NCBI GenBank assembly: GCA_017463155.1
Contig: JAFTPT010000036.1
Location: 1 to 32,000 of the forward strand
Source: Blautia sp.
GTDB lineage: Bacteria; Bacillota; Clostridia; Lachnospirales; Lachnospiraceae
DNA length: 32,000 nucleotides
Direction: 5' to 3'
Positions 26,384 through 32,000 of the stretch are shown in pieces. Each line of letters begins with the position of its first letter. Position 1 is the stretch's first letter. The notes beneath the pieces were generated by a model. The model was given only the letters and a program-made list of their open reading frames with translations, made no database searches and was not told the origin of the DNA. The translations under genes and the position numbers were made by a program.

Positions 26384-26385
26384 GG

Positions 26386-26478
26386 AAAAAGTAAAAAGGT
26401 GCCTCGCTTGCGAGACACTCGCGCCTTAAAACAAAGCCGGAAGGACGTATCCTGGGTAACAGATACGCCCCTCCGGCT
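26386..26478 (-). terminator. Two tandem intrinsic terminators after the flavodoxin gene
   Basis: Hairpin 1 spans 26435-26451/26462-26478 (17 bp) with tail TTGTTTT. Hairpin 2 spans 26399-26406/26411-26418 with tail CTTTTTACTTTTT. Mismatches on the plus strand become G-U pairs on the minus strand, which supports minus-strand function. Confidence 0.75.
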
Positions 26479-26510
26479 CTTGTATAAGGAAGTCTATATC
26501 CAATGCTATA

Positions 26511-26936
26511 TCACGCAAGCTTTGCGCCGAGCTCCTTGCAGGCAGCCAGGCCGTCGTCGTCCGGCGTGTTGTTGCAGATCAGGCCCTCGTCCGTCAGAAG
26601 AGCGGCACCGGCCGATTTGCAGCGGTCATACCAGGTACGCATCCAGTCGCCGTCGCCCCAGTCGTAGGAGCCGAAAAGAACCAGGCTCTTTCCGCCGATC
26701 TTTTTCTCCAGATCCGTGAAGAACGGCTCAAAATCGCCCTCCTCCAGCTGCTCGTCGCCCATGGCCGGGCATCCCAGTGCCAGCGCGTCATATTTGGCTG
26801 CGGCATCCGCGGAGATCTCCGTCACTTCGAACAGCTCCACATCTGCGCCTGCGTCCTTCGCGCCTTCAAAGACTGCCTTTGCCATTGCCTCGGTATTTCC
26901 GGTGGATGACCAGTAAATCACTGCTGCTTTTCCCAT
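26511..26936 (-). CDS. Short-chain flavodoxin
   Basis: 141 aa. IYWSSTGNTEAMA is the FMN phosphate-binding loop, and GSYDWGDG is also present. Confidence 0.95.
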   Translation of the reverse strand: MGKAAVIYWSSTGNTEAMAKAVFEGAKDAGADVELFEVTEISADAAAKYDALALGCPAMGDEQLEEGDFEPFFTDLEKKIGGKSLVLFGSYDWGDGDWMRTWYDRCKSAGAALLTDEGLICNNTPDDDGLAACKELGAKLA

Positions 26937-26955
26937 TTTTCATTTCCTCCTGTTC

Positions 26956-27552
26956 TCAGCTGCATTTCCGCAGCTCTTCTTTATTGCCCAGGTCAAGCGC
27001 CTGCATCAGCGACCGTCCCTGCCTGAACTGGCCGGACATGTACGACTTGCACCGGTCGTAGGATGCGAACAGGCGTCTGGCCTTATCCACGTCCCCATAG
27101 ACCTTCCAGTATCCGCAGAATTTACATCCGGCTCCCTTGTACCTGCGGAAGCCCTCCACATCCTCCGGCGGATACCCGAGGAACAGTCCGATCTCGTGGG
27201 GGAACTCCCCTCCCTGATGGAACCGCCCCTTGAGAATGTCCAGCATCTGTGCAAGAGAAGCATCCGAAGGATACCCGTCATCTGTCAGGATCCTGCAGGC
27301 TTCTTCCGTGCCCAGACAATCTGCAAGCATCTTGGGCCTGTAGACCAGCAGAAGATAATTTCCACGGCACCCGCAGAACATATCCATCCGGATCCCGGTG
27401 TTCAGAAGCTTCTCCGCATATTCCCGTACCAGGGAAGAAAGAAGCGGCTCCGAACCAAGCCTGGAAAAAGACACCAGATTGGCCGGCTTTACCCCCATCA
27501 GGACCGGAGAACATTTTTCTCCCAGGATCTGTTCGAATTTCGCACGTGTCAT
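26956..27552 (-). CDS. DUF3793-family protein
   Basis: 198 aa. CSPVLMGVKPANLVSF, HEIGLFLGYPPEDVEGF and GCKFCGYWKVY match my recollection of DUF3793. It lies 19 nt upstream of flavodoxin, so the two are probably an operon. Confidence 0.8.
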   Translation of the reverse strand: MTRAKFEQILGEKCSPVLMGVKPANLVSFSRLGSEPLLSSLVREYAEKLLNTGIRMDMFCGCRGNYLLLVYRPKMLADCLGTEEACRILTDDGYPSDASLAQMLDILKGRFHQGGEFPHEIGLFLGYPPEDVEGFRRYKGAGCKFCGYWKVYGDVDKARRLFASYDRCKSYMSGQFRQGRSLMQALDLGNKEELRKCS

Positions 27553-27591
27553 GGCAAGTCTCCTCTTAGTTAGTCTATTCTAACCAAGAGA

Positions 27592-27620
27592 ATCCTATCA
27601 CATGTGTTAGTCTTTGTCAA
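27592..27620 (-). promoter_or_regulatory. Putative promoter of the DUF3793-flavodoxin operon
   Basis: On the minus strand: TTGACA (27620-27615), 17-nt spacer ending in TGA, TAGGAT (27597-27592). Confidence 0.45.
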
Positions 27621-27650
27621 CTTTTATTTTTCAAAAAAGAAAAGCCTGCC

Positions 27651-27678
27651 TTGCTTTTCTGCACGGGTATGCTATAAT
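27651..27678 (+). promoter_or_regulatory. Putative promoter of the MATE gene leader
   Basis: TTGCTT (27651-27656), 16-nt spacer ending in TGC, TATAAT (27673-27678). This amounts to an extended -10. Confidence 0.5.
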
Positions 27679-27684
27679 CTGTAA

Positions 27685-27889
27685 TTTAATGGAGGATCGT
27701 TCACATTTTAAAGGAGTAGAGGGAAAGGACGGGAATCAGATGTAGTCGGAACAAGACAGAGAACCGTCCCCTGTCTTTTTGGGAACGCGGAGCGTTCCAC
27801 TTGCTTGAAATAACATCTGGCCGAAAGCTGAGATCCTCAGCAAGCGAGCCTCCATTTAATACGTTAAATTTAGAAAGAAGGTTATTCCC
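27685..27889 (+). promoter_or_regulatory. ~200-nt structured 5' leader of the MATE gene (candidate riboswitch/attenuator, class unknown)
   Basis: A closing helix pairs AATGGAGG (27688-27695) with CCTCCATT (27849-27856). GGACGG (27727-27732) pairs with CCGTCC (27764-27769) and competes with the terminator-like hairpin 27753-27777, which is followed by U5. Further hairpins lie at 27782-27798 and 27827-27841. Confidence 0.35.
27753..27780 (+). terminator. 25-nt hairpin element, copy B, followed by a T-run (terminator-like, inside the MATE leader)
   Basis: AAGACAG-agaaccgtccc-CTGTCTT followed by TTT. It is the exact reverse complement of 23481-23505. Confidence 0.6.
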
Positions 27890-29245
27890 TTGAATGATCG
27901 GAAATTCGAGATTGACATGTGCCATGGCGCCATCCTGCCTAAGCTTGTCTCCTTTGCGCTGCCGCTGATGCTTTCGAGCGTCCTGCAGCTTCTGTTCAAT
28001 GCGGTGGATATCATGGTCGTCGGTCATTTTACCGGCAAGGAAGCCCTGGCGGCCGTCGGATCCACGACCGCGCTGATCAATGTATATACCACGTTGTTCA
28101 TCGGCATCTCCCTGGGAACCAACGTACTGGCCGCACGCAAGTACGCAGCCGGGGCCTACGACGAAATGTACCTCACCGTCCACACCTCGATCACGGTTGC
28201 CCTTCTCAGCGGTATCCTGATGATCTTTGTGGGACTCTTTTTCTCGCGCGCCTCCCTTCTCCTGATGGGAACACCCGACGACGTCATCAACCACTCCGTC
28301 CTGTATATGAGGATCTATTTTGCCGGCATGCCGTTCTTTATGCTGTACAACTACGGTGCGTCGATCCTGCGCGCCGTCGGAGATACACGGCGTCCCCTGA
28401 TCATCCTGACCGTCTCCGGCATCGCCAACGCCCTTTTGAACCTGCTGCTGGTCATCGTTTTTCACATGGGTGTAGCAGGCGTCGCCATCGCGACAGTGAT
28501 CTCCCAGTGCATTTCGAGCCTGCTGGTACTCCGGATCCTGGTCTCCACCGACGCGCCGTACCGGCTGGATTTTCGCAAACTGTGCCTGGACAAAAACTGC
28601 CTCAGGCAGATCCTTCAGGTCGGGATTCCCTCCGGTATCCAGAGCTGCGTCATCAGCTTCTCGAACGTGCTGCTGCAGTCCTCCGTCAACTCCTTCGGAT
28701 CCGCTGCCATGGCCGGCTACACCTCTGCCAACAACCTGATGGGATTCCTGTACATGTCGGTAAACTCCATCACGCAGGCCGCCATGAGCTTTACCAGCCA
28801 GAACCTGGGCGCCAGGCAGTTCAAACGTCTGGACCGGATCCTGCTGGACTGCCTGTTCCTGGAATTCGTGGTCCCCTTTACGCTCGGAGGCCTCGGATAT
28901 CTGTTCGGCGCCCAGCTGCTCACGATCTACACGACGGATACGGCCGTCATCCGGGCGGGCCTGGAGGTCATGTCCATCTCGTTCATACCGTATTTCCTGT
29001 GTGGGTTCATGGATCTGTTTCCCGGCATCATGCGGGGACTCGGTCACGCATTTGTTCCCATGGTCCTGTCCCTCATCGGAACCGTCGGGACCCGGGTGCT
29101 CTGGATCTTCCTGTATTTTCCGGGTCACCGGACACTCCACGATCTGTTCCTGTCATATCCGATCTCCTGGTTCTGCACGATCGTGCTGCAGGCGGTCTGT
29201 TACTGGTTCGTGCGTAAGAGCGTTTTACAAAAATATCAATATTGA
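27890..29245 (+). CDS. MATE-family efflux transporter
   Basis: TTG start preceded by GAAAGAAGG (an alternative ATG lies at 27917). GAILPKLVSFALPLMLSSVLQLLFNAVDIMVVGHF is a typical MATE N-terminus. The protein is 451 aa with 12 helices. Confidence 0.9.
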   Translation: MNDRKFEIDMCHGAILPKLVSFALPLMLSSVLQLLFNAVDIMVVGHFTGKEALAAVGSTTALINVYTTLFIGISLGTNVLAARKYAAGAYDEMYLTVHTSITVALLSGILMIFVGLFFSRASLLLMGTPDDVINHSVLYMRIYFAGMPFFMLYNYGASILRAVGDTRRPLIILTVSGIANALLNLLLVIVFHMGVAGVAIATVISQCISSLLVLRILVSTDAPYRLDFRKLCLDKNCLRQILQVGIPSGIQSCVISFSNVLLQSSVNSFGSAAMAGYTSANNLMGFLYMSVNSITQAAMSFTSQNLGARQFKRLDRILLDCLFLEFVVPFTLGGLGYLFGAQLLTIYTTDTAVIRAGLEVMSISFIPYFLCGFMDLFPGIMRGLGHAFVPMVLSLIGTVGTRVLWIFLYFPGHRTLHDLFLSYPISWFCTIVLQAVCYWFVRKSVLQKYQY

Positions 29246-29356
29246 CCCTGTTTCGGATGATCCAAAAGAATAAGCCCTGCTGCCGGCGGCTTTTCAAGGG
29301 ATATTTTCATGCCTTCTGAATCTTTCCAAAAATAGTCTGAATTTCGCGTGTACTGA

Positions 29357-29385
29357 TTGACGATGAGCAAGAAATATGATATGAT
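29357..29385 (+). promoter_or_regulatory. Putative promoter of the rubrerythrin gene
   Basis: TTGACG (29357-29362), 17-nt spacer, TATGAT (29380-29385). It lies about 140 nt upstream of ATG 29527. Confidence 0.45.
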
Positions 29386-29526
29386 TTAAAGAACCCGAAA
29401 GACCCGTTTATGTTCCGGTTTTCCGGGCTTTGTCACCCAAGGACGTAAGGATGGGTTTTCTGAGGAAATGGTCATTTCCGGACAGCTTCTCATCCGGCTT
29501 CAATCATAGAAAAGGAGATCAGAACT

Positions 29527-30069
29527 ATGGCAAAATGGGTATGTAATGTATGTGGTTATGTGTATGAAGGCGACGCGGCTCCGGCTGCATGTCCGATCTG
29601 CAAGGCTCCGGCTGAAAAGTTCACCAAACAGGACGAGGAAATGACCTGGGCAGCTGAGCATGTGGTAGGCGTAGCGCAGGGTGTGAGCGAGGACATCCTC
29701 GAGGATCTTCGTGCCAATTTCCAGGGCGAGTGCTCTGAGGTTGGTATGTATCTGGCCATGGCAAGAGTCGCTTTCCGTGAAGGTTATCCGGAAGTCGGCC
29801 TGTACTATGAGAAGGCTGCCTGGGAAGAGGCCGAGCATGCTGCCAAGTTCGCAGAGCTTCTGGGCGAAGTCGTGACCGACAGCACCAAGAAGAACCTGCA
29901 GCTTCGTGTGGACGCCGAGAACGGTGCGACCGCCGGCAAGACCGACCTGGCCAAGAGAGCCAAGGCTGCCAACCTTGACGCGATCCATGACACCGTGCAT
30001 GAAATGGCCCGCGACGAGGCAAGACACGGCAAGGCATTCAAGGGCCTGCTTGACAGATACTTTGGTTAA
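29527..30069 (+). CDS. rbr: Reverse rubrerythrin (N-terminal rubredoxin-like Cys4 + C-terminal diiron ferritin-like domain)
   Basis: The Cys4 motif is WVCNVCGY...CPICKAP. ExxH motifs follow ([19 protein letters not shown]). AAAGGAGATCAGAACT lies upstream of the ATG. Confidence 0.95.
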   Translation: MAKWVCNVCGYVYEGDAAPAACPICKAPAEKFTKQDEEMTWAAEHVVGVAQGVSEDILEDLRANFQGECSEVGMYLAMARVAFREGYPEVGLYYEKAAWEEAEHAAKFAELLGEVVTDSTKKNLQLRVDAENGATAGKTDLAKRAKAANLDAIHDTVHEMARDEARHGKAFKGLLDRYFG

Positions 30070-30075
30070 TTATTT

Positions 30076-30156
30076 ATGAAGTGGCATAAAAGATTTGCTA
30101 TCCTGGCATGTGTGTTCTTTGCGCTGTGCCTCTATACAGGATATAAGCACAAATAA
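30076..30156 (+). CDS. Possible 26-aa small membrane peptide
   Basis: MKWHKRFAILACVFFALCLYTGYKHK is a single hydrophobic helix flanked by basic residues. The ATG lies 6 nt after the rbr stop. No SD is visible, so translation is unproven. Confidence 0.2.
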   Translation: MKWHKRFAILACVFFALCLYTGYKHK

Positions 30157-30158
30157 TC

Positions 30159-30187
30159 TTGACAGAGAATCGCGTCTGATTTAGAAT
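30159..30187 (+). promoter_or_regulatory. Near-consensus sigma-A promoter (plus strand) facing the inverted-repeat module
   Basis: TTGACA (30159-30164), 17-nt spacer, TAGAAT (30182-30187). Confidence 0.5.
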
Positions 30188-30255
30188 GAAAATGTAAAGA
30201 GGCACTGCGATAAGCGGTTAGCTCAGTTCAGGAAACTAATTTACATTAGAAACCG

Positions 30256-30333
30256 TCACTTGGCCGAGTGGCGGTTTCTGCTCTTCACAATAATCGTGAC
30301 CGTAAAACGCCCAAGATGTAAGGTAATTCGCAT
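30256..30333 (-). CDS. Candidate 25-aa small protein (MRITLHLGRFTVTIIVKSRNRHSAK)
   Basis: On the minus strand: AGGAGGTG (30347-30340), 6-nt spacer, ATG at 30333. The stop TGA (30258-30256) lies inside the 30248-30279 hairpin. The ORF is fully antisense to the plus-strand candidate RNA. Confidence 0.3.
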   Translation of the reverse strand: MRITLHLGRFTVTIIVKSRNRHSAK

Positions 30334-30414
30334 ATGCTTCACCTCCTCTCGGATGGTGTAGCTAACCGCCTACCGTTTTATGCAGTGCCTCTATCCTCTT
30401 TCGAGGATAAAGGC

Positions 30415-30443
30415 ATTCTAACATTCTATAGTCAATGTGTCAA
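30415..30443 (-). promoter_or_regulatory. Near-consensus sigma-A promoter (minus strand) for the small-ORF transcript
   Basis: On the minus strand: TTGACA (30443-30438), 17-nt spacer, TAGAAT (30420-30415). The hexamers are the same as in the facing plus-strand promoter. The predicted 5' end folds into TATCCTC-GAAA-GAGGATA (30392-30409). Confidence 0.45.
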
Positions 30444-30477
30444 TTCCATAAAACCCAACTGAATAGATTTATGAGAG

Positions 30478-30510
30478 GGATGTAGCAAGAACTGCTGCTC
30501 CTTCTTTTTT
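30478..30510 (+). terminator. Intrinsic terminator (plus strand)
   Basis: GGATGTAGCA (30478-30487, one bulged T), loop agaac, TGCTGCTCC (30493-30501), then TTCTTTTTT. Confidence 0.55.
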
Positions 30511-30554
30511 GTGCCTCCAGCTGCTGTTTTTGCCTGCTTGTTTAGTGCATAATA

Positions 30555-30622
30555 AAAATGTAGAAAGTTGCAGACCTAAAATGTAGGTCGTTGCACCTAC
30601 AAAATGTAGGTGATTGCAGACC
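30555..30622 (+). repeat. Three tandem 23-bp imperfect repeats, consistent with IS21-family multiple terminal repeats (left end)
   Basis: AAAATGTAGAAAGTTGCAGACC (30555), AAAATGTAGGTCGTTGCACC (30578) and AAAATGTAGGTGATTGCAGACC (30601), with an exact 23-bp period. A further TTGCAGAC lies near 30672. They sit directly upstream of an istA-like ORF. Confidence 0.65.
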
Positions 30623-30740
30623 GGTTTTGAAGGCGGTTTCGTCTTGAACCCCGGTTGCTGCAAGGATCCATTGCAGACATATCTTCCAATAGCTATCCTT
30701 GTTTTGTTGTGGCGAACATCAAAACAAGGAGGAAAGGAGA

Positions 30741-31130
30741 ATGACTACAATGGATCAGATTCATCGTATCAGAATGCTCTATTATGAGCAAGGCAAAACC
30801 CTGACCGAGATTGCAGCTATCATGCAGCTCGACTGGCGTACCGTCCGCAAGTACGTGGACATGGAGGATTTCAATCCTTCCCCGCCAGTACCCGAAAATG
30901 AGGTGCTGCACCAGTCAAAGCTGGACCCGTTTAAGCCGTTGATCGACTCATGGCTTGAGAAGGATAAGAAGGCTCCCCGCAAACAGCGGCATACCGCCAA
31001 GCGGATTCATAAACGACTGAAGGTCGAAGCGGAGGGCTATGACTGCAGTTACCGGCTGACAGCAAAATACTTTTGGTATTTTTATTATGCAACAAATACT
31101 TCTGGTGAATTCAGACCTTTCGATCTTTGA
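30741..31130 (+). pseudogene. istA: IS21-family transposase (IstA) N-terminal fragment, truncated after ~110 codons
   Basis: AAGGAGGAAAGGAGA lies upstream of the ATG. MTTMDQIHRIRMLYYEQGKTLTEIAAIMQLDWRTVRKYV is the HTH region. SKLDPFKPLIDSWL and RHTAKRIHKRL are typical IstA N-terminal strings. The DDE core is absent, and the reading frame ends in unrelated sequence. Confidence 0.8.
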
Positions 31131-31239
31131 GATAGCCGGCATGGTTGGCTACGAAAACCAGGCGAAATTCACCGCCATGTTCCACAAATACTGCGGTTGT
31201 ACTCCCTCCGCTTTTCGCCGGCATCCAGGCCGTGACTAG
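31060..31239 (+). pseudogene. C-terminal fragment of an AraC-family regulator gene
   Basis: The frame reads ...ILLVNSDLSIFEIAGMVGYENQAKFTAMFHKYCGCTPSAFRRHPGRD*, which is the second AraC HTH. There is no N-terminal part or start codon. It is joined to the IS21 fragment at about 31060-31090. Confidence 0.7.
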
Positions 31240-31381
31240 CCTTTTCCGATGTGATTGTAAAAGCCTATGCAGATGCTGTAAAGATTTCCAGCCCGGACAT
31301 ATTCCCCCCGGCTTCTTCCCATGCCTTCCAGGAAGAAAAGAAAAAAGACCGAAGATGCCGGCTACAATTATACCCGGCGCG

Positions 31382-31425
31382 CAGAGAGGCTGCCGTTCGG
31401 ATCACTCCGTACGGCAGCCTCTCTG
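31382..31425. terminator. Long perfect hairpin between the AraC remnant and the convergent 98-aa gene
   Basis: CAGAGAGGCTGCCGT (31382-31396) pairs with ACGGCAGCCTCTCTG (31411-31425) over 15 bp, plus an inner CGGA/TCCG. No clear U-tract is present on either strand. Confidence 0.5.
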
Positions 31426-31455
31426 TGTGTATATGTAGAAGAATGGGGTCTTTTT

Positions 31456-31752
31456 TTATGCGGTGGCAAGCTTTCTGGCAACCTTCTGCTCCGGACGGGC
31501 GATCAGGTTCAGTTGCCGCAGGTCACGGGTGTACTGCACTACCTCTTCGGCGGTAAAGCCGCCGCACTCCAGGCGGGCAACGCCTACGGGCATGTGCATC
31601 GCGATCCTCGGGATCTGGCGGCTGCCCAGGACCTTACCGTTCTCGGTAATGAGGGCTCCGCGCATACCGTGGAAGCTGTGCGTCCTTACAAAATGGGTGT
31701 AGCTTCTGAGTTCCTTGAAGTTCCTGATCTGAATATCTGTTGTGATCCTCAT
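31456..31752 (-). CDS. Hypothetical protein, 98 aa
   Basis: The start is set at MRITTDIQIRNF (ATG 31752), preceded by AGAGGGAGGAATCATC. No family was recognised. The track ORF's 19 extra N-terminal codons are unsupported. Confidence 0.65.
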   Translation of the reverse strand: MRITTDIQIRNFKELRSYTHFVRTHSFHGMRGALITENGKVLGSRQIPRIAMHMPVGVARLECGGFTAEEVVQYTRDLRQLNLIARPEQKVARKLATA

Positions 31753-31964
31753 GATGATTCCTCCCTCTTTATAGGCGCCTCCCCGGCTGCCCGATCGCTT
31801 CCCGGTCACCGGTCTCCTCTTTGTGATCCGGTCGCTTGTCTGTTTGCTTGATGATGTAAGTATAAGCCTGCAGGGGACAAAAAAACAGAGTCCTTTCCGA
31901 CAGGAATTCGCAAAATAAAGACCATCCTCAACGCCTCTTCTTCACATCAATTTCTCCGGAAATA

Positions 31965-31993
31965 CTGGACTTTATTCTTCTATCTGCTATAAT
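31965..31993 (+). promoter_or_regulatory. Possible extended -10 promoter for a gene beyond the window end
   Basis: TGCTATAAT at 31985-31993. The -35 is weak (CTGGAC, 31965-31970). Confidence 0.25.
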
Positions 31994-32000
31994 AGACAGT

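Larger units (their letters stand above)
30194..30510 (+). ncRNA. Candidate ~315-nt non-coding/antisense RNA
   Basis: It runs from the 30159-30187 promoter to the terminator at 30478-30510. It contains inverted repeats 30198-30208/30382-30392 and 30214-30223/30360-30369, and a 13-bp hairpin at 30248-30279. No ORF with an SD is present on this strand. Confidence 0.35.

Noticed and set aside
27569-27590. PerR/Fur-type 7-1-7 box in the DUF3793-flavodoxin 5' UTR (GGTTAGAATAGACTAAC)
   Set aside because: Only an imperfect 5-bp dyad (GTTAG/CTAAC) is present. The spacing and half-sites do not match the TTATAAT-N-ATTATAA type consensus well enough to call.
27690-27746. 18-codon ORF (MEDRSHFKGVEGKDGNQM) as a leader peptide in the MATE leader
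   Set aside because: There is no SD upstream of its ATG, and no rare-codon or stalling-type features were recognisable.
27741-27769. Guanidine-III riboswitch-like string (GGAACAAGACAG versus GGACAAGACGG)
   Set aside because: Only about 10 nt resemble the motif. The pseudoknot partners and the rest of the 41-nt consensus are absent.
27701-29140. 479-aa minus-strand ORF antisense to the MATE gene
   Set aside because: The product is very rich in D, G, Q, R and H. It has no RBS and is exactly antisense to a well-supported 12-helix MATE ORF. This is a typical GC-driven shadow ORF.
30214-30272. tRNA-like strings: GCGGTTAGCTCAGTT, and TTGGCCGAGTGG (class II tRNA D-loop-like)
   Set aside because: No cloverleaf can be drawn and there is no T-arm (GTTCRAnnC) or acceptor pairing. 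The first string pairs with a partner 140 nt away and the second is the loop of a perfect hairpin.
30194-30395. 6S RNA (long rod with paired 5'/3' ends, ~200 nt, own promoter)
   Set aside because: The internal hairpin is off-centre and I could not build a rod with a central bubble. The strong SD-led ORF and the facing promoter on the other strand fit an antisense module better. This remains untested without cmscan.
30555-30622. CRISPR-like short direct repeats
   Set aside because: The three 23-bp repeats are contiguous with no spacers, and they sit directly upstream of an IstA-like ORF. This is consistent with IS21 terminal multi-repeats.
31321-31851. 176-aa plus-strand ORF and neighbouring ORFs (31145-31438, 31251-31556)
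   Set aside because: These run across a 15-bp hairpin and lie antisense to the SD-supported 98-aa gene. They have no RBS and their composition is Arg/Pro/Cys-rich.

Overview
GC-rich chromosomal segment that looks clostridial (Bacillota) from SD-type RBSs, the protein families present and ATGA-coupled operons. This taxonomic call is an inference. About 24 real genes are present, nearly all on the minus strand. In window order: (1) the 5' end of a class-C-like group II intron sitting just behind a terminator. (2) A LysR-controlled divergent operon: GntP-like permease, SMP-30/lactonase-like protein, and a UGSC-like fusion protein. (3) tatD and metG. (4) A translationally coupled three-gene module: TerB-N/TerB-C protein, DUF2791/BrxD-type P-loop ATPase, and Lhr/BrxHI-like DExH helicase. 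From memory this is the Shango anti-phage architecture, and it is the main accessory system here. (5) A ROK glucokinase and an ABC-class ATPase (PF09818-like). (6) An AT-rich patch with an orphan promoter-hairpins-terminator unit and a DUF3800-like gene remnant. (7) A YtfQRT-YjfF-like CUT2 sugar ABC transporter, preceded by its own sensing module: a second binding protein, an AraC-type response regulator and a YesM-type kinase. (8) DUF3793 and flavodoxin. (9) A MATE efflux gene behind a long structured leader. (10) A reverse rubrerythrin. (11) A mobile-DNA scar region holding a convergent-promoter small-ORF/antisense module (candidate type I TA-like), an IS21-family left end with a truncated istA fused to an AraC C-terminal fragment, and a 98-aa hypothetical gene. 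No rRNA, tRNA or CRISPR was found. The many long ORFs antisense to these genes are treated as GC-driven artefacts. All family names come from motif recognition by eye. No searches were run.
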